Positions 36,123-45,447 of a DNA stretch of 61,330 bases are shown piece after piece (the first letter of the stretch is position 1; the number at the start of each line of letters is the position of its first letter). The stretch covers positions 1 through 61,330 of the forward strand of contig CAYSTY010000001.1 of NCBI GenBank assembly GCA_964433685.1, given 5' to 3'. The translations under genes were made by a program, and so were the position numbers. Below the pieces are notes generated by a model. That model searched no databases. It saw nothing but the letters and a program-made list of their open reading frames with translations, and was not told where the DNA came from. Origin of the DNA: an uncultured Actinomycetota bacterium (lineage in GTDB: Bacteria; Actinomycetota; Nitriliruptoria; Nitriliruptorales; Nitriliruptoraceae).

Positions 36123-36156
36123 TCGCACCTCCCACCCGACCGCACCAGGAGCGCCC

Positions 36157-36819
36157 GTGGCACGCGCCGCCGACCAGGCCTACGACTGGCTGCGCCGCGG
36201 CATCGTCGACGGCGAGCTGTCCCCCGGCGACCACCTCCGCGAGGAGGAGATCGCCGCCGCGGTCGGCTGCTCGCGCACGCCGGTGCGGGAGGCCATCCGC
36301 CGCCTCGCGGCCGAGGGCATGGTCGAGTTCGTGCCCAACCGTGGCGCACACGTCGCCGCCTGGTCGGAACGGGACCTCGCCGAGATCTTCGACCTGCGTG
36401 CGGTGCTCGAGGGCTTCGCCGCCCGGCTCGCCGCCCGGCGCGCCGACGAGGCGTTCCTGACCGAACTCCGCGACCTCGCCGACCGGATGGAACAGCTCGC
36501 GGCCGGCGACGACCCCGACCGCGTCGACCGCATCTCGGAGCTCAACGGACGGTTCCACGCCGCCATCGTGGAGGCGGCCGACAACCGGCACCTGACCCAG
36601 CTCGTGGCCGGTCTGGTCCAGGTCCCCCTGGTGCACCGCACCTTCCGTCGCTACCGGGACGACGAACTCACCCGCTCGATGGGCCACCACCGCGAGCTGC
36701 TCGCCGCGTTCGAACGCGGTGACGTCAACTGGGCCGGGACCGTGATGCGCTCGCACATCTACGCCGCCCGGGCCGTGCTCGAGTCGGACCGGCGGGCCGA
36801 ACCCCCCGACGAGCTGTAG
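36157..36819 (+). CDS. GntR family (FCD) transcriptional regulator
   Basis: wHTH SRTPVREA..L.AEG..PNRG; FCD domain with N..FH and HH..H. Confidence 0.92.
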   Translation: MARAADQAYDWLRRGIVDGELSPGDHLREEEIAAAVGCSRTPVREAIRRLAAEGMVEFVPNRGAHVAAWSERDLAEIFDLRAVLEGFAARLAARRADEAFLTELRDLADRMEQLAAGDDPDRVDRISELNGRFHAAIVEAADNRHLTQLVAGLVQVPLVHRTFRRYRDDELTRSMGHHRELLAAFERGDVNWAGTVMRSHIYAARAVLESDRRAEPPDEL

Positions 36820-36839
36820 TGCGCCAGCGACGCGCGCGG

Positions 36840-37490
36840 TCAGCCGGGGAGCCCACGCAGGTAGGCGGTCGCGCTCGCGAGGTCCACCACCTCGGCGTAC
36901 TTGTGGGCGAGGTCGAACAGGTTCGCCTCGTGCGGGCGCGCGTCGCGGTCGGCGCAGGCGTCGGCGACCACCAGCGGGACGAAGCCGTGGCAGAGCGCGT
37001 CGAGCGCCGACGCGCGCACGCACCCGGACGTCGAGTAGCCGCAGATCAACACCGTGTCGACGCCACGCGCGTGCAGGTCGTCGGCCAGGTCGGTGCCGAA
37101 GAAGGCCGACGGGTACTGCTTGGTCACGACACGTTCGGTGGACGCCGGTGCCGCTGCCGGGTCGAAGTCGCCGAGCGGGTCGTCCCCGGCGAACAGCGAC
37201 AGCGCCGGGACCTTCTCGAAGAACCGTCCCCCGTCGCGGCCGTCCGGCTCGTAACGCACGTTGGTCCACACCACCTCGACGCCGCGGTCACGGGCGACCT
37301 CGACGAGGTCGGCGGCGGCGTCACGGGCGGCGGCGGCCGTCGCCATGTGGAGCGGGGAGCCGGGCTCGAGGTAGGCACGCACGAGGTCGACCACGATCAC
37401 CGCGGGCCGGGATCCCGGTGTGAGCCCGCCGTCGAACGCACCGCGGTAGCCCGCGTGCAGGTCGGCGAGCGGATCGTCGGCCACGGTCAC
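36840..37490 (-). CDS. Isochorismatase-family amidase (N-carbamoylsarcosine/maleamate amidohydrolase-like)
   Basis: Catalytic D (VVDL), K (KQYPSAFFGT) and C (GYSTSGCVRAS). Confidence 0.88.
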   Translation of the reverse strand: MTVADDPLADLHAGYRGAFDGGLTPGSRPAVIVVDLVRAYLEPGSPLHMATAAAARDAAADLVEVARDRGVEVVWTNVRYEPDGRDGGRFFEKVPALSLFAGDDPLGDFDPAAAPASTERVVTKQYPSAFFGTDLADDLHARGVDTVLICGYSTSGCVRASALDALCHGFVPLVVADACADRDARPHEANLFDLAHKYAEVVDLASATAYLRGLPG

Positions 37491-38653
37491 ATCATCCCTC
37501 CCCCGGCGTAGTCCTTGAGCAGACCCTTGGCGATGATCATCCGCTGGATGTCGTTGGTGCCCTCGCCGATCGCCATCAGCGGCGCGTCGCGGTACAGGCG
37601 CGCGATCTCGTACTCCTCGGAGTAGCCGTAGCCGCCGTGGATGCGCATCGACTCGAGCGACGCCTTGATGGCGACCTCGGAGGCGAAGTACTTCGCCATC
37701 CCCGCCTCGACGTCGGCACGTTCGCCGCGGGTCGACTTGTCCGCCGCCCAGTAGGTCAGCAGACGGGCCGCCTGGATCTCGGTCGCGACGTCGGCGAGCT
37801 TGAGCTGGATGGCCTGGAAGTCGCCGATGGGCTGACCGAACGCCTCGCGTTCACGGGCGTAGGCGATGGCACGATCGAACGCTTCCTGCGCGATCCCGAT
37901 CGACCGGGCGGCGATGTTGATCCGTCCGGTCTCGAGACCACCGGCGACCTGCTTGAACCCGCGGCCCTCCTCCCCGCCGAGGAGCGCGCTGACCGGGACG
38001 CGCACCTCGTCGAACACGACCTCGCAGGACTCGGTGCCCTTGTAGCCCATCTTCGGCAGGTCCCGGCTGACGGTGACCCCGTCGCTGGACATGTCGATCA
38101 GCAGCACCGACATGCCGCGGTGGCGGGGTTCCGCGGTCGGGTCGGTGACCACCAGGGTCGGCAGCGGGTCGGCGTAGCGGGCGTTGGTGATCCAGGTCTT
38201 GGTGCCGGTCACCACGTAGTGGTCGCCGTCGCGCACCGCGCGGGTGGTGATGCCCTGCAGGTCGGAACCCGCACCCGGTTCGGTGAGCGCGATGCCGGTC
38301 CGTCGCTCACCGGTCGCGAACTGCGGCAGCAGTCGCTTCTGCGCGTCGGTGCCGTGCGTGGCGATCATCCGGCACGCCAGCGAGTGGGATCCGAGGATCC
38401 CGGCGACCCCCATCCACCCGCGTGAGATCTCCTCGAACACGATCGCCATCGTGATCAGGTCGGCGCCGAGCCCCCCGTGCTCCTCGGGGATGGTCAGGCC
38501 GAACAGGCCCATCTCGGCCATGCCCGCGACGATCTCGGTCGGGTAGCGGTCGGACTGCTCCCACTCACGCGCGACGGGGCGGATGCGTCCGTCCACGAAG
38601 GCGCGGATGGCGTCCCGGAAGGCGAGGTGGTCGTCGCTGAGGCGCAGGTCCAC
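37487..38653 (-). CDS. Acyl-CoA dehydrogenase
   Basis: ALTEPGAGSD, KTWITN, HGGYGY, YRDA..IGEGTNDIQR. Confidence 0.92.
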   Translation of the reverse strand: MDLRLSDDHLAFRDAIRAFVDGRIRPVAREWEQSDRYPTEIVAGMAEMGLFGLTIPEEHGGLGADLITMAIVFEEISRGWMGVAGILGSHSLACRMIATHGTDAQKRLLPQFATGERRTGIALTEPGAGSDLQGITTRAVRDGDHYVVTGTKTWITNARYADPLPTLVVTDPTAEPRHRGMSVLLIDMSSDGVTVSRDLPKMGYKGTESCEVVFDEVRVPVSALLGGEEGRGFKQVAGGLETGRINIAARSIGIAQEAFDRAIAYAREREAFGQPIGDFQAIQLKLADVATEIQAARLLTYWAADKSTRGERADVEAGMAKYFASEVAIKASLESMRIHGGYGYSEEYEIARLYRDAPLMAIGEGTNDIQRMIIAKGLLKDYAGGGMM

Positions 38654-38710
38654 GGATCGATCCTGGTCGTGTCGGGAGGTCGGTTCTGGGCGGGACGCCG
38701 AGGGGGCGCG

Positions 38711-39109
38711 TCAGGCCAGCGCGAACACCGGCAGGTGGCGGCCGTCGTCGAGAGCGCGCCACCGGACGGTCACCGGCTGCTCGCAGCGGACGGCGTCGGG
38801 ATCGACGTCGACCAGTTCGGTGAGCAGCCGCACGCCCTCGTCGAGCGTGACGATGGCGACCACGTACGGGACGTCGCGGTCCGGGACGGGAGCGCGGTGG
38901 ACGACCGTGAAGGTGTGCACCGTGCCGGTCCCGGCGGCGTCCTCGAAGGTCAGGTCACCGCCGCCGCAGGTGGTGCACAGGGGTCGCGGGTGGTGCTGGG
39001 CGGTGCCGCACGTCCGGCACCGTTGGACGGTGAGACGGCGCTCGCGCGTCGCCTCCCACCAGGGGGCGGTGACCCCGTCCGGCGGCGCTGGGGTGCTGGA
39101 TGCCGTCAT
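38711..39109 (-). CDS. DUF35 Zn-ribbon/OB-fold protein (thiolase partner)
   Basis: QRCRTC..PRPLCTTC, GTVHTFTVV, PYVVAIVTLDEG, LPVF. Confidence 0.88.
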   Translation of the reverse strand: MTASSTPAPPDGVTAPWWEATRERRLTVQRCRTCGTAQHHPRPLCTTCGGGDLTFEDAAGTGTVHTFTVVHRAPVPDRDVPYVVAIVTLDEGVRLLTELVDVDPDAVRCEQPVTVRWRALDDGRHLPVFALA

Positions 39110-40260
39110 CGGCGATCCCTCCCGAGCAGCACGGTGGCGTGGTGGGACCAGATCCCGCCGGTGCCGTGCGCGAGCGCGACCTCGGGGTCGCCCGGGACCT
39201 GCCGGGCACCGAGTCCGCCCCGGAGCTGACGGACGGCCTCGACCACCAGCAGCGACCCGAGCTGACCCGGGTGGCAGTACGACAGCCCGCCCCCGCTCGT
39301 GTTGAGCGCGAGCCGGCCGCCCGGTTCCGCGTTGCCGTCCGCGAACAGGGTCGGGAACGCCCCCGGGTCGCACAGGCCGAGCGCTTCGAGGGTGAGCGCG
39401 ACGGTGATGGTGAACGAGTCGTACACCTCGAAGACGTCGACGTCGCCGACCGCCAGGCCGGCGCGCGCGAAGGCGTCGGCGGACGACGCTGCCGCGCCGG
39501 TCCGGGTCAGGTCCGGCATCTGGTCCATGGTCGCGTGGGTCGTGGCCTCGCCGTGGCCGAGGACGACGACGGGGGTGTCGGTGAGGTCGCGTGCGCGTTC
39601 CAACGTCGTGAGCACGACCGCGCCCCCGCCGTCGGTGACGAGGCAGCAGTCACCCGTGCGCAGCGGCGAGGACACCACCGGGGTGGCGAGCACGTCCGCG
39701 ACGGTGAGCGGTCCCGCCTCGTAGCGCCACGCGTCGGGGTTGCGCAGCGCCCAGGCGCGGGCGGCCACGGCGATGGCGGCGAGATCCTCCGGCCCGGTGC
39801 CGTGCTCGTGGAAGTGGCGCTGGGCGGCCATCGCGTAGGCCGACAGCGGGTACAGCGGCGCGTGGGGGTCCTGGAACTGCGCGGCCGGCGTGTCGGTCTC
39901 GGGCACGCCACCGAGCCGTCGTCGGGCCGCGGTCCGCTGGTCCGAGCCGTAGGCGATGAGCGCGGTGTCGATCCGGCCGAGCGCGATGGCGTCGGCCGCG
40001 CTGCCAACGTAGCGCACCCACGCGGACCCGCCCGAGAAGGTGCTGTCGGTCCACCGTGGCTGGAGGCCGAGGTGCTCGGCGAGCTGCGTCGCCGGGAACC
40101 GGCCGAGGTCGTTGGTGGCGAGCCCCTCGACCTCGGCGAGCGGGACACCGGCGTCGTCGAGCGCGCGTGTCACCGCCTGCGTGATCAGCTCGAGCTTGGT
40201 CAGCCCCGTCGCGCCGAGGTCGCTCGTGGCGACCCCGACGATGGCCACATCGCGCGTCAC
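39106..40260 (-). CDS. Thiolase, SCP2/lipid-transfer type
   Basis: DCCLVTDGG, YDSFT, NTSGGGLSYCHPG, EAVRQLRG. Confidence 0.88.
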   Translation of the reverse strand: MTRDVAIVGVATSDLGATGLTKLELITQAVTRALDDAGVPLAEVEGLATNDLGRFPATQLAEHLGLQPRWTDSTFSGGSAWVRYVGSAADAIALGRIDTALIAYGSDQRTAARRRLGGVPETDTPAAQFQDPHAPLYPLSAYAMAAQRHFHEHGTGPEDLAAIAVAARAWALRNPDAWRYEAGPLTVADVLATPVVSSPLRTGDCCLVTDGGGAVVLTTLERARDLTDTPVVVLGHGEATTHATMDQMPDLTRTGAAASSADAFARAGLAVGDVDVFEVYDSFTITVALTLEALGLCDPGAFPTLFADGNAEPGGRLALNTSGGGLSYCHPGQLGSLLVVEAVRQLRGGLGARQVPGDPEVALAHGTGGIWSHHATVLLGRDRR

Positions 40261-40664
40261 GGCGTCACCGCCACGCGGGCGGTGCCGACGACCGCCTCGA
40301 CCTCGTCGCCGCCGTCCGCGTCGGGCAGCAGCACGACCCTGAGCTCCACCTCGGCGGCGTCCCCGTCGACCGCGGTCACCGTCGCCTCGGTGCGCACGGA
40401 CCGGCCGGCGAGGACCGGCGCCCGTAGGCGGAAGGTCAGCTCACGGACGAACGCGGTCGGGCCGAGGCCGTCCTGGAGCACCTCGACCATCAGCGCACCG
40501 AAGACCTGGCCGTCGACGACGGGCGCATCGAAGCCCTGGGCACGCACGAACTCGAGGTCGTGGTGGAGCCGGTGCCAGTCCCAGGTCGCTCCCGCGTAGG
40601 CGACGAGGTCGACGAGGTCGAACTCGGTGGTGCGGGCGGGCAGGCTGGTGCCGGGAGCGATCAC
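40257..40664 (-). CDS. MaoC-family dehydratase subunit
   Basis: YAGATWDWHRLHHD..G; GTGA-coupled. Confidence 0.8.
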   Translation of the reverse strand: MIAPGTSLPARTTEFDLVDLVAYAGATWDWHRLHHDLEFVRAQGFDAPVVDGQVFGALMVEVLQDGLGPTAFVRELTFRLRAPVLAGRSVRTEATVTAVDGDAAEVELRVVLLPDADGGDEVEAVVGTARVAVTP

Positions 40665-41173
40665 GCGCTCACCTCCGCGAGGGGCTGGAACACCAGCGTC
40701 TCGGCGTTGGTGACGATGGGGTCGCCGGCGGCGCCGGTGACGTGGGCCTCCGAGCCGACCAGCAGCATCGGCCGGCCGCGCCGGTCGGTCCGCTCGGTCA
40801 CCGACGCGATCCGCCAGGTGACGGTCACCACGTCGTCGGGGGAGGCGTGGCGGTGGAAGGTGTAGGTGTTGCCGCCCCGGACGAGGCGACAGCCGGTCAC
40901 CGGCAGGTCCCAGCCGTGCCCGCGGTACCCGTGCGCGTCGGTGGGCAGATCGGCGACGTACTGGTTGGTCTCGCACAGCCAGGTCGGCGGGATGACCACG
41001 TCGCGGTGCCCGTGCGCACGCGCCACCTCGCGGTCGGTGTAGATCGGGTTGGTCGCACCGATGGCCAGGGCGAAGTAGCGGCCCGCGGCGGCACCGATCG
41101 GGTCGGGCGCGGTGTAGACCACCTCGCGACCGATCCACCCCTCGAGCTCGGCGAGGTCCCAGCAGGTGGTCAC
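40661..41173 (-). CDS. MaoC_N (FAS1-like) dehydratase subunit
   Basis: FALAIGATNPIY.D..IPPT, GGNTYTFHR; probable heterodimer partner of 40257-40664. Confidence 0.8.
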   Translation of the reverse strand: MTTCWDLAELEGWIGREVVYTAPDPIGAAAGRYFALAIGATNPIYTDREVARAHGHRDVVIPPTWLCETNQYVADLPTDAHGYRGHGWDLPVTGCRLVRGGNTYTFHRHASPDDVVTVTWRIASVTERTDRRGRPMLLVGSEAHVTGAAGDPIVTNAETLVFQPLAEVSA

Positions 41174-42234
41174 GTCGAGGCCGCTGCGCTCGGGAACACC
41201 GCCATCGGGTCGATCTCGATCATGAACTCGGGCCGCAGGAGCGCGGAGCACACCACCGAGGTGACCGCGACGTCGACGCCGGGGAACAGCTCGGCCCGCA
41301 GCGCCTCCACCTCGTCGTAGCGGTCGAGCCCCTCGGGGGTGACGTACTCGACGCTGCGCACGAGCGCGTCCGGGCCGAGGCCGGCGTGCTCGAGCACGGT
41401 CAGGATGTTGCGGTAGGTGTACTCGGCCTGTGCCACCACGTCACCGGCGAGGACCGCCTCCTCGGTGATCACGTCCAGCGCCCCCTGGCCGGACATCACG
41501 AAGGTGTCGCCGACGCGCAGGCCCGGGTTGTAGGTCAGCTTCAGGTACCGCTCCCAACCGCAGTCCACCTCGACCCGGTCGCGGTGCCGCGTCGCGAACA
41601 TGTCGACCTGGATGAGCGCGTCGGGGTGAGCGAGGGTGTCCATGACGATGCCGGTCGCGCCGCCGTAGGGCGGGGCGAGGTGGGCCTTGCGGATCCGTCC
41701 CGAGCGGGGGTAGTCGGCGCGCACGTGCGGGGGCACGAACTCGACGGTCTTGACCACGTCCTCGAGGCCGAGGCCGAGGTCGGCCAGCTGCACCGCCGCG
41801 TTGGCGTACACCTTCGCGGTCTGGCGCACGAGGTCGCCGGGGGCGACCACCTCGCCGCGCGCGTCGAGCGGCAGGACCGAGGACAGGTGCACGAGGTCGC
41901 CGGCCGGACCGGCCGGGACCGGTCCCGCGGTCTGGGTCGTCACGAGGTAGGAGCGGTCGCCCACCGCGACGGTGAGCTCGACCTCGACGAGACGCCCCGG
42001 GGTGGGCAGGCCGTGGACGACGACCGTGGTCGCGGCCACGCCGTCGACGTCGAGCACGGCCTCGCGCAGCTCGGCGAGCTCGACGAGCGAGGCGACGGCG
42101 TCGGCGTGGACGTGCTCGGTGACACGCACGACGTCGTCGAAGCCGGCACCGATGTCGGCGAGCAGCGCGCCCAGCTGGTCGTAGGCGGCGCGGGCCTGGT
42201 CGAGCAGGCCGGTCGTGGACGTGGTCGTGGTCAC
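41170..42234 (-). CDS. RidA/YjgF family protein with three tandem domains
   Basis: Three repeats of Q...Y..L...G.G.DDVV....V ... (V/I)E(V/I)(E/D); SGQ in the third. Confidence 0.75.
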   Translation of the reverse strand: MTTTTSTTGLLDQARAAYDQLGALLADIGAGFDDVVRVTEHVHADAVASLVELAELREAVLDVDGVAATTVVVHGLPTPGRLVEVELTVAVGDRSYLVTTQTAGPVPAGPAGDLVHLSSVLPLDARGEVVAPGDLVRQTAKVYANAAVQLADLGLGLEDVVKTVEFVPPHVRADYPRSGRIRKAHLAPPYGGATGIVMDTLAHPDALIQVDMFATRHRDRVEVDCGWERYLKLTYNPGLRVGDTFVMSGQGALDVITEEAVLAGDVVAQAEYTYRNILTVLEHAGLGPDALVRSVEYVTPEGLDRYDEVEALRAELFPGVDVAVTSVVCSALLRPEFMIEIDPMAVFPSAAAST

Positions 42235-43538
42235 CGGAGCACCTCGGTCAGATCGGGGAGGGTGTCGAGCTGGAGCACGGCGTCCACCACGTCCGGTGGC
42301 ACGCCGTTCGTGGTCGCCTTGGCCGTCAGCTCCGCGTCGGTGAGCGGTGCCGACGGGCCGCCACGGCTGTGCGCGACGTCGCCCGTGACGGTCCGGCCGT
42401 CGCGCAGTTCGACCCGCACGTGGCCGGGCGCATCGGCCGCGGGGACCCCCGGGTCGGCGACCTCGTAGGTCGTGACCGCAGCCACCGCGGTGAGCTCGGG
42501 ACGTTCGAAGCCCGCGACCGTGTCGAGCGTGACGGCGCCGTCGTGCAGGGCGGCGGCGACGCACCAGGCGAGCGAGAACCGGGCCTCGTACGGGGTCCGT
42601 GGACGCGCCTTGGTCCCGGCCGGTTCGCACACGATGTCGACCACGTCGGGGTGGACGGTGACGTGGACGGCGACGACGTCCGCGGGGTCCACCGCGATGG
42701 CTCGCGCGGCGTCGATCGAGGCGTGGGCGAGCTGGCACACCGGGTAGGGCTTGATGGTGAGCTGCTCGACCTGCCACACCCGGCCGAGGTCGGTGAACGG
42801 CGCCTCCGGGACGGTGTCGGTGTACGCGCGGTAGAAGCCGTGGTCGGGGTCCTCGAGGATGCTCACCGGACCGGTCGCGCCCCCGGCGGCGAGGGTCGTG
42901 GCCTGGATGCCCGCGGAGGCGGCCCAGCCGGGGTGGAGCTGCTTGGTGGCGGCGCCGCCGGCGAGGAAGGCCAACGACCCCGACGCCATCGAACCGGCGA
43001 TGCCGAGCGCCGCGACGGTCCGTTGGCCGTCGAGACCACGGAGCCGGGCCGCGACCAGCGCGGCGGCGAACACGCCGGCGACCGACGTCGCGTGGAAACC
43101 GCGGCGGTGGAAGCCGTGCGGCACCGCCGCGGCGAGCCGGGTCACCGTCTCGTACCCGACGAGCGCCGCGTCGAGCACGGTCCGCCCGTCCGCGCCGACC
43201 TGCTCGCCCACCGCGAACGCCGTGGGCAGCACCACCGCCGTGGCGTGGACGAGTCCCCCGGCGTGGGTGTCGTCGAAGTCCAGCGCGTGGACGAGCGTGC
43301 CGTTCGCCAGCGCCGCGACGTGCGCCGGCACGCGTCGGTCACCGCCGAGGACGGTGGCCTCCTGCGGCGCGGTGGCGCTGGCGACGACCGCGTCGAGGTA
43401 CGGCACCGTCGCGTCGTGGGCCGCCCCGGCGGCGCAGCCGAGCCCGTCGAGGAGGTGACGCACGGCGGCCCGTCGGGCCGGGTCCGGAGCGGCGAGCGGC
43501 GCCGACGACCACGCGGTGAGGTCCTCGGTCCAGGTCAC
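42231..43538 (-). CDS. MmgE/PrpD family protein 1
   Basis: NGTLVHALDFDDTH, GFHATS, KQLH.G, KPYPVC..H, FS. Confidence 0.9.
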   Translation of the reverse strand: MTWTEDLTAWSSAPLAAPDPARRAAVRHLLDGLGCAAGAAHDATVPYLDAVVASATAPQEATVLGGDRRVPAHVAALANGTLVHALDFDDTHAGGLVHATAVVLPTAFAVGEQVGADGRTVLDAALVGYETVTRLAAAVPHGFHRRGFHATSVAGVFAAALVAARLRGLDGQRTVAALGIAGSMASGSLAFLAGGAATKQLHPGWAASAGIQATTLAAGGATGPVSILEDPDHGFYRAYTDTVPEAPFTDLGRVWQVEQLTIKPYPVCQLAHASIDAARAIAVDPADVVAVHVTVHPDVVDIVCEPAGTKARPRTPYEARFSLAWCVAAALHDGAVTLDTVAGFERPELTAVAAVTTYEVADPGVPAADAPGHVRVELRDGRTVTGDVAHSRGGPSAPLTDAELTAKATTNGVPPDVVDAVLQLDTLPDLTEVLR

Positions 43539-44734
43539 GGGACGGGACCGAACGCCCCCGCCGCCGCGAGCTGTTCGATGCGTTCGGCGTCGTAGCCGAG
43601 CAGCTCGGCGAGCAGCTGTTCGGTGTCCTCACCGCGCCGTGGTGCCCGCCGGTGCTCGGCGGGTGCCGGGCCGACGCGGACCGGGCTGGCGAGCTGGCGG
43701 ACGGTGCCGAACGTGTCGTGTTCGGTCTCGACGATCAGCCCCCGTGCGTCGAGGTGGTCGTCGGCGAGCGCCTGCGACAGGTCGTTGATGGGACCGCACG
43801 GGACACCGGCGGCCCGCAGCACCTCGAGCCACGCCGCCACGGTCCGCGTCGCCAGACGCTCGTCGAGCGCGGCGATGACGTCCTCACGGGCGTCGCGGCG
43901 CGAGGCGAAGTCGGGGAAGCGGTCGGCGAGCTCCGGGGCGTCGATCGCCGCCACGAGGCGCTGCCAGAACTTCTCCTTGGCGCACCCGACGACGAGCCAC
44001 CCGTCGGCGGCCCGGAAGTTCTGGAACGGCACCAGCGACGGGTGGGCGGAGCGGGCGAGCCGCTCGGGTTCCCAGCCTTCGTTGAGGTGCCAGGTCGCCG
44101 GGTAGGTCAGCAGCGACATGGCGGTGTCGTACAGGGACACGTCGCAGTCCATGCCGACGCCGGTGGACCGGGCGGACAGGATGCCCGCGAGCACGGCGAT
44201 CGCCGCGACGAAACCGCCCGAGTAGTCGACCATCGACAGGCCGGTCTTGGTGGGCGGCCCGTCGGGCTCCCCAGCGAGGCTCATCCACCCCGCCAGGCCC
44301 TGCAGGATGTAGTCGTAGCCGGGGTCGTCGCGGCGCGGCCCGGTCATCCCGAACGCCGACAGCGAACAGCACACGATGGCCGGGTTGACGCCCTTGAGGT
44401 CGTCGTAGGTGAGTCCGAGCTTGGCGGGGACGTCGCCGCGCAGGTTGGAGTACACCGCGTCGGCGTTCGCGACCAGGCCCTCGAACACCTCACGTCCGGC
44501 CGGGGTGGTGATGTCGAGCGAGACCGAACGTTTGCCGCGGTTGAAGGTCTCGTAGAACAGCGAGTCCTCGCCGTCCTGGAACGGGGGGACGTACCGGCCC
44601 ACGTCACCGCCGGTGCGCGGGTCCTCGATCTTGATGATCTGCGCACCGAGGTCGGCGAGGTGCACGGTCCCGAACGGTCCGGCGCCGTACTGCTCGACGG
44701 CGACGATCCTGACCCCGTGCAGCGGCCTGTCCAC
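43535..44734 (-). CDS. CaiB/BaiF CoA-transferase 2
   Basis: RPLHGVRIV, AGPF, LADLGA.IIKIE, NRGKRS, PGYD. Confidence 0.9.
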   Translation of the reverse strand: MDRPLHGVRIVAVEQYGAGPFGTVHLADLGAQIIKIEDPRTGGDVGRYVPPFQDGEDSLFYETFNRGKRSVSLDITTPAGREVFEGLVANADAVYSNLRGDVPAKLGLTYDDLKGVNPAIVCCSLSAFGMTGPRRDDPGYDYILQGLAGWMSLAGEPDGPPTKTGLSMVDYSGGFVAAIAVLAGILSARSTGVGMDCDVSLYDTAMSLLTYPATWHLNEGWEPERLARSAHPSLVPFQNFRAADGWLVVGCAKEKFWQRLVAAIDAPELADRFPDFASRRDAREDVIAALDERLATRTVAAWLEVLRAAGVPCGPINDLSQALADDHLDARGLIVETEHDTFGTVRQLASPVRVGPAPAEHRRAPRRGEDTEQLLAELLGYDAERIEQLAAAGAFGPVP

Positions 44735-44793
44735 GACGCGACGCCCTCCATCGGTGCGCGGGGGCACTGCGGGATGGCCGCCGCGGGAAGCAC

Positions 44794-44857
44794 TTGACCC
44801 GGAGTCTGTCGCAGCCGTACGGTCCGTGTCAAGGAACGCCGTTCCATCAGCTGGAAC
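44794..44857. promoter_or_regulatory. Overlapping divergent promoters plus operator copy 6
   Basis: Plus strand TTGACC-N18-TACGGT (44794-44823); minus strand TTGACA-N18-CAGACT (44832-44803); GGAACgccGTTCCatcagctGGAAC at 44833-44857. Confidence 0.7.
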
Positions 44858-44915
44858 GGCCGCCAACCCGGCGCCGACGCGTCCGTCGCGCGTCCGAGAC
44901 CCCGAGGAGCCCCGC

Positions 44916-45443
44916 GTGGACGCCGTCGTCACCCCCGGTTGGACCGGTCGGTACTTCGAGGACTTCGAGGTCGGCCAGCTCTACCAGCACCCCCTCGGGC
45001 GCACCGTGACCGATGCCGACAACGCGTGGTTCACGCTGCTGACGATGAACACCAACCAGATGCACTTCAACGACCACTACGCGTCGAAGAGCACCTTCGG
45101 TCGGCAGCTGGTCAACAGCGGTCTGACCGTCGCGATGATCCTCGGGATCTCGGTCAGCGACGTGTCCCAGAACGCGATGGCGAACCTGTCGTGGGAACGC
45201 ATCAGCCTGACCCACCCGGTGTTCGTCGGCGACACCCTCTACGCCCAGAGCCTGGTGCTCGACACCACGCCGTCCTCGAGCCGGCCGTACGCCGGGATCG
45301 TCACGGTGCGGACCCAGGGGCTGAACCAGGACGGCGACGTCATCATGACCTTCGAACGGTCGGTGATGGTCTACCGCCGCGACGCGGAGCAGGACAAGGG
45401 CATCTTCCCCGAGGCCAAGACGCCCATCACCGAGGGGCTCTAG
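44916..45443 (+). CDS. MaoC-family dehydratase (mesaconyl/itaconyl-CoA hydratase-like)
   Basis: GRYFEDFEVG, GRTVT..DN..F..LTMN...H, PVFVGDTLY. Confidence 0.88.
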   Translation: MDAVVTPGWTGRYFEDFEVGQLYQHPLGRTVTDADNAWFTLLTMNTNQMHFNDHYASKSTFGRQLVNSGLTVAMILGISVSDVSQNAMANLSWERISLTHPVFVGDTLYAQSLVLDTTPSSSRPYAGIVTVRTQGLNQDGDVIMTFERSVMVYRRDAEQDKGIFPEAKTPITEGL

Positions 45444-45447
45444 CGTC

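Noticed and set aside
28620-37490. Nicotinate/maleamate (nic) pathway
   Set aside because: NicF- and NicE-like families are present, but no molybdo-hydroxylase or 2,5-dihydroxypyridine dioxygenase is visible.
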